A stretch of DNA of 64,000 bases from Candidatus Hydrogenedentota bacterium (GTDB lineage: Bacteria > Hydrogenedentota > Hydrogenedentia > Hydrogenedentales > CAILVY01): assembly GCA_029565395.1 (NCBI GenBank), contig JAKQOG010000028.1, forward strand, positions 8,362 to 72,361, read 5' to 3'. Shown here one piece after another: positions 16,843 through 26,844 of the stretch (position 1 is the stretch's first letter; the number at the start of each line of letters is the position of its first letter). The translations under genes were made by a program, and so were the position numbers. The notes under the pieces are model-generated. The model searched no databases. It had not been told where the DNA came from and saw only the letters and a program-made list of their open reading frames with translations.

Positions 16843-18357
16843 ATGCGTGGGGCTAGTAAGATTTTGTGGTTTGGGGCCTTCAGTCTGGTTGTAACGGCTG
16901 TTTTAGGGCTTCTGGTGGGATGTCCACCGCAAAAGGATGTGACTTTGAATCCGAATGGTGACTGGGACAAGGAGAATTCGCATCCATCCTGTGGAGAGGC
17001 TTCGCTGCAAGCGCTGACGGCGGGTCAGCATTACGATGCCGGTTCGGTGGTGATCTCGAATGATGTGAACTATTTATACGTCACCTATGCGACCACCGGC
17101 GGGTGGGTTCTCACCCAAGCCCATGTTCATGTCGGGTTCAGCGACACGGACTATCCGGGCTATGGGTCAGGCAATAGCGCGCCTATTCCCGGGCAATTTC
17201 CTTATAATACCGACGATGATCCCGGCTTTACGGGTTCGGTAACGGAGTACACCTTTGTTGTTCCGTTGACGGACCTCGAATTGATGTCGTGGGACTGCGA
17301 CATTTCGCTCTATGTCTTTGCCCATGCGGCGGTGTCGTTGCTGGATGATAACGGCAACGTAATTCAGAGTGAAACGGCATGGGGCGGCGACACCCCCGGC
17401 GAGCACAGCAACCGGTGGTATCTTGTGGCGGCCTATACACTGCAATGCTGCGGAGGCGAGGGCGAAGGTGGTGAAGAAGGCGCTGTAGAAGGCGCCGTCG
17501 AGGGTGAAGGCGCGGAAGAGGGCGCTGTGGAAGGCGCAGTTGAAGGCGAAGGCGCGGAAGAGGGTGCTGTGGAAGGTGCCGTCGAAGGCGAAGGTGCGGA
17601 AGAAGGCGCTGTAGAAGGCGCCGTTGAGGGTGAAGGCGCAGAAGAAGGCGAGGGCGCGGTGGAAGAAGGAGAAGTCGAAGGCGCCGTGGAAGGTGAAGGC
17701 GAAGGCGAGGAAGAATGTGGCTGTGAGGGATCGATTACCGAGTTGGTGCTCGAATATTTCCGGTCCTGCGAAGCCATGGTCCACATCTATCCCAAGAACA
17801 TGCTTCTGGGTCCGCTCTTCGAAGGCAAGGTCAAGCCTCACGAACAAATCACGCTCCAGGGCGATATCCTGGCGCCGGAGATCTACATCTTCGTTAACTA
17901 TCAGGTGGACTCGAAAATTATCACCGATTGCAGTTCGCAAGTTGGCCCCGGCCTGTTGATAGGCGACTTCAGAGTGGTTTCGGGCAAGAGCGGCAGCCTT
18001 GACCTTTGCCCCGTGATTCAGGAATACGAGTGCAGCGCATGTGACGGCGGCGTGACCGAGCTTACGTTCGAATACCTCGGTGACGTGGAGTGCATTCCGC
18101 TCACCGTAACGCAGGCCGGCAGCATCATCCCCTTCTTCTGGGGGTGCGTGGAACCCAACGCGGAACTCACCGTCAATGGCCCTGGCATTGATGGCCTGTT
18201 TCCTCCCGAAATCTCCATATGGGTTGGCGCTCAGTATGCGGGGAATCTCGACACCAGTTGCGAGACGCCCATCGGCGCCGGCTGTATCTCGGTAGGGCCT
18301 CTGCTCATTACCGGCGGCAAGAGCCTCAACGGCGGATACTTCTGCCCCTGTCAATAA
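16843..18357 (+). CDS. Lipoprotein with acidic EGAVEG tandem repeats and Cys-rich C-terminal domains
   Basis: Signal peptide with lipobox (LGLLVGC). The central linker has four 14-aa repeats. The flanking domains were not recognised. Confidence 0.8.
   Translation: MRGASKILWFGAFSLVVTAVLGLLVGCPPQKDVTLNPNGDWDKENSHPSCGEASLQALTAGQHYDAGSVVISNDVNYLYVTYATTGGWVLTQAHVHVGFSDTDYPGYGSGNSAPIPGQFPYNTDDDPGFTGSVTEYTFVVPLTDLELMSWDCDISLYVFAHAAVSLLDDNGNVIQSETAWGGDTPGEHSNRWYLVAAYTLQCCGGEGEGGEEGAVEGAVEGEGAEEGAVEGAVEGEGAEEGAVEGAVEGEGAEEGAVEGAVEGEGAEEGEGAVEEGEVEGAVEGEGEGEEECGCEGSITELVLEYFRSCEAMVHIYPKNMLLGPLFEGKVKPHEQITLQGDILAPEIYIFVNYQVDSKIITDCSSQVGPGLLIGDFRVVSGKSGSLDLCPVIQEYECSACDGGVTELTFEYLGDVECIPLTVTQAGSIIPFFWGCVEPNAELTVNGPGIDGLFPPEISIWVGAQYAGNLDTSCETPIGAGCISVGPLLITGGKSLNGGYFCPCQ
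17452..17712 (+). repeat. 42-bp (14-aa EEGAVEGAVEGEGA) in-frame tandem repeat, about 4 copies plus degenerate EG-rich flanks
   Basis: The period was read directly in both DNA and protein. Confidence 0.9.
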
Positions 18358-18403
18358 CCGCGGCGGAACCGGCGGCAGCCGGTGACAAATAGAAGTGAAT
18401 TCA

Positions 18404-18436
18404 AGGGCGGCCCCCTAAACGGGCCGCCCTTTCTCT
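18404..18436. terminator. Bidirectional hairpin terminator between convergent genes
   Basis: AGGGCGGCCC (18404-18413), loop CCTAAAC, GGGCCGCCCT (18421-18430), followed by TTCTCT. Confidence 0.6.
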
Positions 18437-18500
18437 ATGAAGACCCGCAGAAATTTTTCCGCGGATAGAATCGGCGCCAGCTTTTTGCGGCAGGGTGCTT

Positions 18501-20765
18501 TCACCGTACAAAAAACACGCGGTCAACGAATACCGCATTAACCGCGTCTTGATTGTTCATGGGCGCTACCCAAATGTACATATCATCATGGAGCGAATAC
18601 TGTCCGAGGTCGATTACGGCATATTTGTCCTTGGTTTCTTCTATTGTCAATACCTTCTGCGCAACGGCGGCTTTTGCCTTGGAATCGTATATTCCCGCCA
18701 CGCATGCGTTGCCGCTTTGCACCTTGGCGTCACAGCGAACCGCCACGTAAACACGAGCAGGGCTCATCGCCGCAATGTCCGCGGAAATGGGGTACTGGAC
18801 AGCCCACTGTCCGTGCGTGGCGGGCATGCGGGCGGCCTTGCCGTCCGAGGCTGAGGGATCGTCGGTTAACTGAGACCAGTTGCCTACACCGGCCAGGGAA
18901 AAATCGTTGTCCTGAATATCCACCCATTGATCTTCGGGCAGGTTTTTGCAGAGTTCCGGCACAGCGGCCGGCGTCTGGAATCGCGCGCGCAACACCGTCT
19001 CAAGATTTTTAAAGGGGTTGCCTTCCGCGTATTGGCCCACATTGAAGCCATTGCAAGTGGCGATAAATTCTTCGCTTGCCGCAGCAGGATCTGCAGGGCC
19101 TGCAAACGGCTCGTGGCGTAAGCGCGCGGTGCGTTTCAATCCCGCATAGCGATTCAGCCAGGCATAATCGAGCGGCAGGCGTGCCCGGCGAACACGCATA
19201 CTCAACACAGGATCGCTGGCTACCGCTTTTTCCGCTTCGCTGAACAGCACGGTGGCTTCATTAAGGTCGTCCAGTTCCAGCCATGAAGAGGTGTCCTGCG
19301 CATAACACCGCATCGTGGCGCCCGAACGCCCGATGGCGTCGTGCATTCGATCAATGTAGCGGCGCAAAGGCCATGCGGCGGGGCCGTAGTAGCCATTCAG
19401 AAACTCATCGATAAGGGCATTGGCGTCGCGGGAGGGTTCCCACATGAGATGGGCCAGCAGCCATGCGCGCAATTCGACAAAGTCGCCGCAGGAGGAACCG
19501 GCATCGCCCTGCTCAAAAAGACCGATGGCCTTGTTCGTGACGAAGCACCGGATGTTGGGCGCAAGCACCTGCAGGTTGGGGTGTGGCAGCAGGTATTGCG
19601 CAAAATTGGTGACATAATCCCAGATATACAACTGATGCGAGATGGAACTCCAGGCTTCGATATCGCGTTTGAAATCGGCGTTCGCGGCGCCCATGGCAAG
19701 CGGCTCGGGAAACGTGCATTCGATGGAACACAGGCGGACGATGACATTCTCGCGGGGCCGGGCGATGTTCGGGGCCTTGCGCGTGTATTGGTATGCCAAC
19801 GTTTCCACTAAGACATCCGGAAACTCCTTTTGGATCCGCTCGGCCACGCTGTTCACAAACCGGATCAACAGGCCGGACGGCGCGCCTTCTTCCTTTTCGA
19901 TGGCGGAACAGGCAGCGCATTGACAGTTCCCCCCGCAATCATTCTGCGCAATCGAGATGATGCCCGCCGTGGGGTCTTTTCGGATCCATTCGAGCGCGTT
20001 TTTTACGAGTTCATCCTGCATGGCGGTGTTGGTTAGGCACAATTGCGCGCCATCCGAAACCCGCTTGCCGTCAATCTCGCTGTACCACTCCGGATGCGCC
20101 GCGAAATATTGCGCGGGGGGAAGCAACTGATAAAACGTGTGGCACCAGCCGAGGATGCTGTAATGCCCGCCGTACTCCGGCGAAATGCGCTCAAAATGGC
20201 CATTGCACTTGCAGCGCGCGGCAAACGTCCCGTCAAACGCATCGCGATAGAACGCCTCGCGGTACTGGAGCACTGGCGTGTACACCTTCTCCATCGCCGG
20301 AATCTCCAGCGTCGGCTTTGATGGAATCGTGCTTTCCGTGGACGACCACCACCGGCAGCCCACCACGTCCTCCAGAAACGTGTACACGGCATAGAGCGTT
20401 CCGCGCGGCCACCCGCCGGACAAATACAGCGTATCACCCTCGGTTTTGATGACAATGCCATCATGTCTGAGGCTCGCGAAATCCACCTGCGGCAACGCGG
20501 CCTGTACCCGCGCACTTTGTCCCACAAAAATATACTTGCCTTGGGCAGGCGCGGCGTTTTCTTCCTGTACCGGCAACGTTGCGCCCGTCACCTGTTTCAG
20601 AAATTCCTGCAACTCCGTCGCAGCCGTCTTTTCCGCAGGAATCGCTCCATCCGCCACCACGATGGTGTATTCCGAAACGCCATCCCGCGACAATACGAGC
20701 GCATCCGCCGAATAGGTAACGAAAGACAACACTCCAATCGCAAGAACCACGAAAAAAATACGCAT
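18501..20765 (-). CDS. DUF4838-like secreted protein, paralog of 4628-7138
   Basis: Start at ATG 20765 with RBS GGGAGAAG. Signal peptide MRIFFVVLAIGVLSFVTYSA. The N-terminal region (SEYTIVV..AATELQEFLKQVTGATL..TLYAVYTFLEDVVGCRWW) is collinear with the other copy. Confidence 0.8.
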   Translation of the reverse strand: MRIFFVVLAIGVLSFVTYSADALVLSRDGVSEYTIVVADGAIPAEKTAATELQEFLKQVTGATLPVQEENAAPAQGKYIFVGQSARVQAALPQVDFASLRHDGIVIKTEGDTLYLSGGWPRGTLYAVYTFLEDVVGCRWWSSTESTIPSKPTLEIPAMEKVYTPVLQYREAFYRDAFDGTFAARCKCNGHFERISPEYGGHYSILGWCHTFYQLLPPAQYFAAHPEWYSEIDGKRVSDGAQLCLTNTAMQDELVKNALEWIRKDPTAGIISIAQNDCGGNCQCAACSAIEKEEGAPSGLLIRFVNSVAERIQKEFPDVLVETLAYQYTRKAPNIARPRENVIVRLCSIECTFPEPLAMGAANADFKRDIEAWSSISHQLYIWDYVTNFAQYLLPHPNLQVLAPNIRCFVTNKAIGLFEQGDAGSSCGDFVELRAWLLAHLMWEPSRDANALIDEFLNGYYGPAAWPLRRYIDRMHDAIGRSGATMRCYAQDTSSWLELDDLNEATVLFSEAEKAVASDPVLSMRVRRARLPLDYAWLNRYAGLKRTARLRHEPFAGPADPAAASEEFIATCNGFNVGQYAEGNPFKNLETVLRARFQTPAAVPELCKNLPEDQWVDIQDNDFSLAGVGNWSQLTDDPSASDGKAARMPATHGQWAVQYPISADIAAMSPARVYVAVRCDAKVQSGNACVAGIYDSKAKAAVAQKVLTIEETKDKYAVIDLGQYSLHDDMYIWVAPMNNQDAVNAVFVDRVFFVR

Positions 20766-20942
20766 GATACTTCTCCCTCGTTTCCGCGAGTATACGGTTG
20801 GCGCAGATTGGTTCTGCGCATGAAAAATGCACGCTTGGAAAGACCCGCTATAGGCCGCACGGAACATCCCTGCGGAACACATTAACGAAGACGCAGGGCG
20901 CCTTTCGGAAGCACAGTGCCATAAAGCATCCTATCCATTTGT

Positions 20943-22547
20943 TCATGCAGGACCAGCGCCTGGACCATAGCCATCATCTGTTCCAGCGTCGGGGTGATAA
21001 CAGGCAGAAGTGAAAAATTGAACAAGACGGAGCAATTCCTCCAATCCAATGCTCCAATCTTGAGGATTATAATCCGCCCCGTAAACTTCGCAGGTCTGCT
21101 CCCCCGCACCCGGCGCATATCCATCTTCCGAACCTGCGTTACAATGGATCCCGCCACTGTTATAAAACTGTATCAACCGCAACAACTCCGAAAGGCCGAT
21201 TATCCAGTCCCTATTCCGATCCACATCATGCTGCCCCATCAATGGAACAGGATAAACAGATAGACTCGCGCCATTTGAGTCCAGTGTCGTTACACCATCG
21301 CTTACCGTACAGCTATATACCCCCGCATCGGTTTCCACCAGCGGCCCCAGAATATTCACCATCGCACTGGGCCAGCCGAGCGAGACGCCATCTTTTTTCC
21401 AATCATAGACAATCGCTCCCGCTCCTCCTTCCACCAGAATCGTGGCTGCCCACGACATGTTCACGTACAAAATCGACCCCAGCGGCTGTTCAACAATGAC
21501 CAAAGGCTCAACTTCTTCTCCTTCCTGTGGCGCTCCCTCTATTTCGCCTTCCACCCCGCCTTCACCGCTGTCTTCTTCAAAATACGCCATTACTATCGTG
21601 GCAGCCGTCACACCGGAGAGGGTGTATTCATTACCGCCCGCAGGAACAATATTTCCGTTTGATGCGGCTACGTTGGTGAGTAAAAATCCGGGGTTCGGTG
21701 TTACACTCACGCTAATGGAATCGCCCGGAGAACCACTCTGTGCAATGTTGCCAGGGCCGGAGATGGCGCCGCCTATTGCCGGGTCTGCTTGATAGGTTAC
21801 CGTATAGCTTTGCGGGGAGAGAAGCTGGACATTATCCAGCAATATGGTGCTGTCCCCTTGGGGATTGGTGAAGTGAAAGGTCAGGGTATTATCCCCCATC
21901 GAATCATACTGAAACGGGCCTGCTGAGACATAATGAAACACGCTTGGATTGGTCGATATGGTTACTGGTCCATACAGTGTTTGCGAACCGAGGGTGGCGG
22001 TGAGGTCCATCGAAGGATACGAAGCCCTGTTGTTCACATGGAACACCAGCCGAAATGAACGTCCGTGGTACAGTCCGCCGATGGCTTGCGACAATGTGCC
22101 GCCGCCCTGTTTCCCGTATAGTTGAGCACCGTGCGGGATCGGGCCCAGTCCGGAAGTATAGAACGGGCCGCTCGAGTCATTCAGAAGACTTCCAGCCCCG
22201 GCATTCCAACCGGTGACGCTCGTGGTGTAATGCGGCCAGCTTTCGGGCAGCGGGTCCGCCTCGAAGCTGGGATTGTTAACCAGATTAACTTCTCCCTCAG
22301 CCATATCCGTGAGGGGCTGCCCGTCACGCCGGTAGTTTTCCCCCAGGACACCATGAGGTTGGACTTGCTGCGCGGCGGAGCGTGCATTGCCCAAGTCAAC
22401 GCTCTGGGCGCCGCCGGCGTAGACCGCGGGAACGACAATTGCCGCAGATACCCCGCCCGCGATTACCGTCAATACAAACAGCGACGGCCAGCGGCCAATC
22501 ACTGTGCGGCGTCCTTTGATTCCGTGTCCCTTTAACATATCCATCAT
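20943..22547 (-). CDS. Secreted multidomain protein: CBM/galactose-binding-like, InlB-B-repeat-like and Ig-like domains, acidic linker, C-terminal dockerin/EF-hand-like module
   Basis: N-terminal signal anchor (WPSLFVLTVIAGGVSAAIVVPAVYA). The NPSFEADP.. jelly-roll-like region and an I-set-like segment (YDWKKDGV..AGVYSCTV) follow. The last 95 aa are homologous to the C-terminus of 30171-35138. Confidence 0.75.
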   Translation of the reverse strand: MMDMLKGHGIKGRRTVIGRWPSLFVLTVIAGGVSAAIVVPAVYAGGAQSVDLGNARSAAQQVQPHGVLGENYRRDGQPLTDMAEGEVNLVNNPSFEADPLPESWPHYTTSVTGWNAGAGSLLNDSSGPFYTSGLGPIPHGAQLYGKQGGGTLSQAIGGLYHGRSFRLVFHVNNRASYPSMDLTATLGSQTLYGPVTISTNPSVFHYVSAGPFQYDSMGDNTLTFHFTNPQGDSTILLDNVQLLSPQSYTVTYQADPAIGGAISGPGNIAQSGSPGDSISVSVTPNPGFLLTNVAASNGNIVPAGGNEYTLSGVTAATIVMAYFEEDSGEGGVEGEIEGAPQEGEEVEPLVIVEQPLGSILYVNMSWAATILVEGGAGAIVYDWKKDGVSLGWPSAMVNILGPLVETDAGVYSCTVSDGVTTLDSNGASLSVYPVPLMGQHDVDRNRDWIIGLSELLRLIQFYNSGGIHCNAGSEDGYAPGAGEQTCEVYGADYNPQDWSIGLEELLRLVQFFTSACYHPDAGTDDGYGPGAGPA

Positions 22548-22908
22548 CCTTCTATTCAAACACCACTATTTTGGTCCTGGTTCTTGTACACAATAGATGG
22601 GCTAACGCTTTACAGATATCACGCCCCTCCCTCGCCTTTCCCATTATGAGAAAATAGCCTTGCCATTCCATATTCTCCACCATGATGACTGACACTTTGA
22701 GCATTCACTATCGCACAAAACATGGCCAATCACAACCCTTATGCCGGAAAAGATGGGGATTATTAAACATCCGGCCATTCAAGAGTGTCCCACCTGGAGA
22801 TGTGACCTACTATGTTATGGGGGTTTTGCTTTTCTGAGTGTTTTGTTTTGCGGCTTGGTGGCGTTGTGTGAAAATCTTCTGCGCACGGCGCCACAAAGCG
22901 CACAAAGA

Positions 22909-23124
22909 TTACGCGACTGAGATTATACTCGGATCTCGCGAGCCTGATGGCGCATTTTCCCTGGTCATGCGCCACTTACGTGCCGCTATACTGTCCGAAG
23001 TCTCCAGTTCCTGCCGAATACGGTCACGCTGCTCGATGTCTGACAAACCTTGAAACTCTAGCCGCAGTTGAGCCTGGATTTCGTCTTTCAATGCGACACA
23101 ATCAATATCATTCTTTTGTTTCAT
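22909..23124 (-). CDS. Small protein, paralog of 23205-23411 (putative orphan antitoxin-like)
   Basis: MKQKNDIDCVALKDEIQAQ..LSDIEQRDRIRQELETSD..AARKW aligns with the upstream small ORF at roughly half of the positions (by eye). Confidence 0.5.
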   Translation of the reverse strand: MKQKNDIDCVALKDEIQAQLRLEFQGLSDIEQRDRIRQELETSDSIAARKWRMTRENAPSGSRDPSIISVA

Positions 23125-23204
23125 GTGAAAACCAACTCCCTAGGGATCAGAACTTCAATGGCCCGAAACCAATAAAATCACCTCATCCCGGCGCGCCATC
23201 GCCA

Positions 23205-23411
23205 TCAGGGCATGTTTCTCGGTGGCGAATAGGTGGTCTTGGACGAAATGCGGCGCCACCAAACGGCTGCGGGGTGTTCTGAGGTTTCAAGCTTCTGCTG
23301 AACACGTTTGCGGATTTCGTCCTGGGACAGGTCTGCGTATTCCTTTGCATGCTGCGCTTGGATGGTTTCCTTCATCGCAACGCAATCAAACTCTTTGATT
23401 TTGGCTACCAT
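23205..23411 (-). CDS. Small protein translationally coupled to the PIN gene (putative antitoxin)
   Basis: Its ATG overlaps the PIN stop (ATGGTAG, a 7-nt overlap). The 68-aa product is helical and charged. Confidence 0.6.
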   Translation of the reverse strand: MVAKIKEFDCVAMKETIQAQHAKEYADLSQDEIRKRVQQKLETSEHPAAVWWRRISSKTTYSPPRNMP

Positions 23412-23863
23412 GTTACGATCTCCTGAGGCGATCTAATCTCAATCATAGAATATCCTTCGAGCGCATTTACTGCGTTGAATTTCCTGATCTTGTCCAAATG
23501 GACAATATGCTTGAAGTTCCAACTGACGATGATGTCTGCGGCGGCGACGGTGGCCAGTGCCACGTGAAGTGCGTCATCTTTAGAGGATTGCCCCACAACG
23601 CCAGCGTTCAAGTAGCATTCCTGAAGACGATAGGCTTCATCCGAACGAATGATCTGTTCGACACAATCCCCAGGGAGCATTTGCAACACTTCAGCAACCG
23701 CGGGCGGCGCTTCTAGCAGTTCATCGGCAAGCAAGTCGGAAACCAAAAGGACGATTTCACCCTGCTCCGCCATCTCCAACAGCTTTCGGCTAGCCTCGGC
23801 GAATATGTCTTCCAGACATCCCCCGACTACGGAAGTATCTATATATACACGCAATTTTCGCAT
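23405..23863 (-). CDS. PIN-domain (VapC-like) ribonuclease toxin
   Basis: MRKLRVYIDTSVV.. (first acidic residue), ..LLVSDLLADEL.., ..DDALHVALA.., ..IVSWNFKH. The conserved acidic residues follow the PIN pattern. Confidence 0.8.
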   Translation of the reverse strand: MRKLRVYIDTSVVGGCLEDIFAEASRKLLEMAEQGEIVLLVSDLLADELLEAPPAVAEVLQMLPGDCVEQIIRSDEAYRLQECYLNAGVVGQSSKDDALHVALATVAAADIIVSWNFKHIVHLDKIRKFNAVNALEGYSMIEIRSPQEIVTW

Positions 23864-23977
23864 TCACTATGCGCTCCAATGAACATCGATGACGATTGTA
23901 GACCACGAGCCTTGCACGATCAAATAATCGTTTATTGAAGTTTTATAGACTTTCTCGCAGATAGGAATAAACATGAA

Positions 23978-24100
23978 TTATTCCAGCCCATAGTTTACGA
24001 TATTGTATTGGAAGGTGGGGTGTTTGATCTCCAAATGTTCGGCGGGTTTGGAGCGGTTCCAGTTGAATTTTTCGAGGGCGCCGAGGATGAGTTCGGATTG
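23978..24100 (-). pseudogene. Fragment of a sigma-54 activator C-terminal Fis-type HTH (last ~40 codons plus stop)
   Basis: The minus-strand translation is ..SELILGALEKFNWNRSKPAEHLEIKHPTFQYNIVNYGLE*. The intact gene end at 25263-25385 reads ..SELIRGALEKFHWNRSKAAEHLGLKRTTLQYKIKKYGLE*. A hand alignment matches about 100 of 123 nt. No upstream AAA+ body is present. Confidence 0.65.
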
Positions 24101-24117
24101 ATAAATTACTGCAGGCG

Positions 24118-25227
24118 TCACTTGATAGGGTGTTTGTTGTCTTTATTGGTCTGGGGTGGCATATCGGTCTCCTGCGATGCGATCTCATCAAGTTTCTTTC
24201 GAAGACGTCTCGATACACTAAAAAACGGAGCATAGATCAAAATTCCTATGCCGAGTAAATACAATACGATTATGAAATTTATACAATAATCCCAGGATGT
24301 TTTTAATGGGAGCATCTTAATCAATGGCCATACTAAAAAATAGCAAATATAAGCAAAATATCCTAATGTAGCGATAATTCTAGCTTTTCGAAGCGACAAG
24401 AGCATCTTCTCGATATCTGCCCGTCGTTCTCCAAGTTCTTTTCGCGATAAGGTTATTCCCTGCTCAGCACAGATCATCACTCGACTTGGAGGTACATACT
24501 TTAGAAAAAGTGCGGTTATAACTTCGGGCTTTGGGCCAAACCATAGTTTGCTTCCATCTCTTACATCGCAGCGGAGAACAACCTGGCGATCTGGAAGTTG
24601 CAGAGAGAGATGATAGAAGTCGTCATGGAAATGACTCCACCGTTTTATAGTCAATTGTTCGACATCGCTCCATGAAAAAGTCCAGGCTGTTCGCCACAAA
24701 CGTACGGTTATGCCTCCGCTGCAACATCGTACTCGGGTTCCAAATGATGGCCTGACCGGCACCGTAAAGGCAATTTCATCATCAGTATCAAGCGGGGTGA
24801 TCGGTGGCATCAACGATCGACAGAAATTTAGCAGATACTCACAATCTTTGTCTTCAAGATAGAGGAATGAAAGTGGTTTCAGACTTTGACAGTCCCAAAC
24901 GAACACGAATGTACTTGGCAGTCTTCGTTGGCGGGCATTTCCATTTTGGAAGCACTCCCAAGGCCAATGACGCCACCCTAGAAAGCGCCGTCTTGAGATA
25001 CCGCGAGAATCGACCGTTAGACGCCAGCGAAAAAGCCACAATAAAAAACAAACAGAGATAAAAAGAAGAAAGCTCCAGACCACACAAAGTGCTGTGAGGT
25101 CTTGGGAAACGGAATCCTTATTCGAAATCCACCACACTAACGGAGGCGCGAGTAGTGCAGCGGCAAAAATATAATAGGCGCACCGTCGATACTTTCCTGC
25201 AAGCCTGAATTCTTGACGTTCAATCAT
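24118..25227 (-). CDS. Membrane protein of unknown function (2 N-terminal and 2-3 C-terminal TM helices flanking a soluble region)
   Basis: Start refined to ATG 25227, because the longer ORF would overlap the upstream regulator gene. The gene is AT-richer than the flanking DNA. No family was recognised. Confidence 0.65.
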   Translation of the reverse strand: MIERQEFRLAGKYRRCAYYIFAAALLAPPLVWWISNKDSVSQDLTALCVVWSFLLFISVCFLLWLFRWRLTVDSRGISRRRFLGWRHWPWECFQNGNARQRRLPSTFVFVWDCQSLKPLSFLYLEDKDCEYLLNFCRSLMPPITPLDTDDEIAFTVPVRPSFGTRVRCCSGGITVRLWRTAWTFSWSDVEQLTIKRWSHFHDDFYHLSLQLPDRQVVLRCDVRDGSKLWFGPKPEVITALFLKYVPPSRVMICAEQGITLSRKELGERRADIEKMLLSLRKARIIATLGYFAYICYFLVWPLIKMLPLKTSWDYCINFIIVLYLLGIGILIYAPFFSVSRRLRKKLDEIASQETDMPPQTNKDNKHPIK

Positions 25228-25262
25228 CTTTGCAGTCAATTCCCCTAATGGCTTCAATATTC

Positions 25263-26648
<1,386 letters not shown>

Positions 26649-26706
26649 GCGTGGTCCTTAAAGGTCTCCCTAGAATCTACCATGCCCGGGGCTGGGGGTC
26701 AAAATT

Positions 26707-26769
26707 AGGCACGAGGCATGAGGCATGAGGCATGAGACATGAGGCATGAGGCATGAGGCGTTAGGCGTG
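26707..26769 (+). repeat. (AGGCATG)n heptamer tandem repeat, 9 units (5 perfect)
   Basis: Read directly: AGGCACG, AGGCATG x3, AGACATG, AGGCATG x2, AGGCGTT, AGGCGTG. It lies in the divergent intergenic region between the sigma-54 regulator and the methyltransferase. Confidence 0.9.
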
Positions 26770-26844
26770 AAAACATAGAGGAGCATGTATAGAGAGGTTG
26801 ATGTATACTGGTCACCATCAAAAGCAAATATGAGGAGGCTGCGA

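Noticed and set aside
17167-18354. 395-aa minus-strand ORF and the Pro/Ser/Thr-rich ORFs 17433-17786, 33725-33925, 34511-34876 and 33996-35087
   Set aside because: They are reverse-frame readings of the GAA/GGC-rich acidic repeats (EG repeats read as PS/ST repeats on the other strand). The sense-strand proteins have signal peptides and recognisable domains.
22872-22905. Second putative repeat family (minus strand CTTTGTGCGCTTTGTGGCGCCGTG versus 54365-54394 CCCTGTGTGCTCTGTGGCTCCGTG)
   Set aside because: Only about 19 of 24 positions match. Similarity at that level is expected by chance many times in a 64-kb two-strand comparison, so it is not reported as a repeat.
26707-26769. Possible CRISPR array (also considered for 10327-10356)
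   Set aside because: The units are 7 bp and directly abutting with no spacers, and no cas genes are in the window. These are simple tandem repeats.
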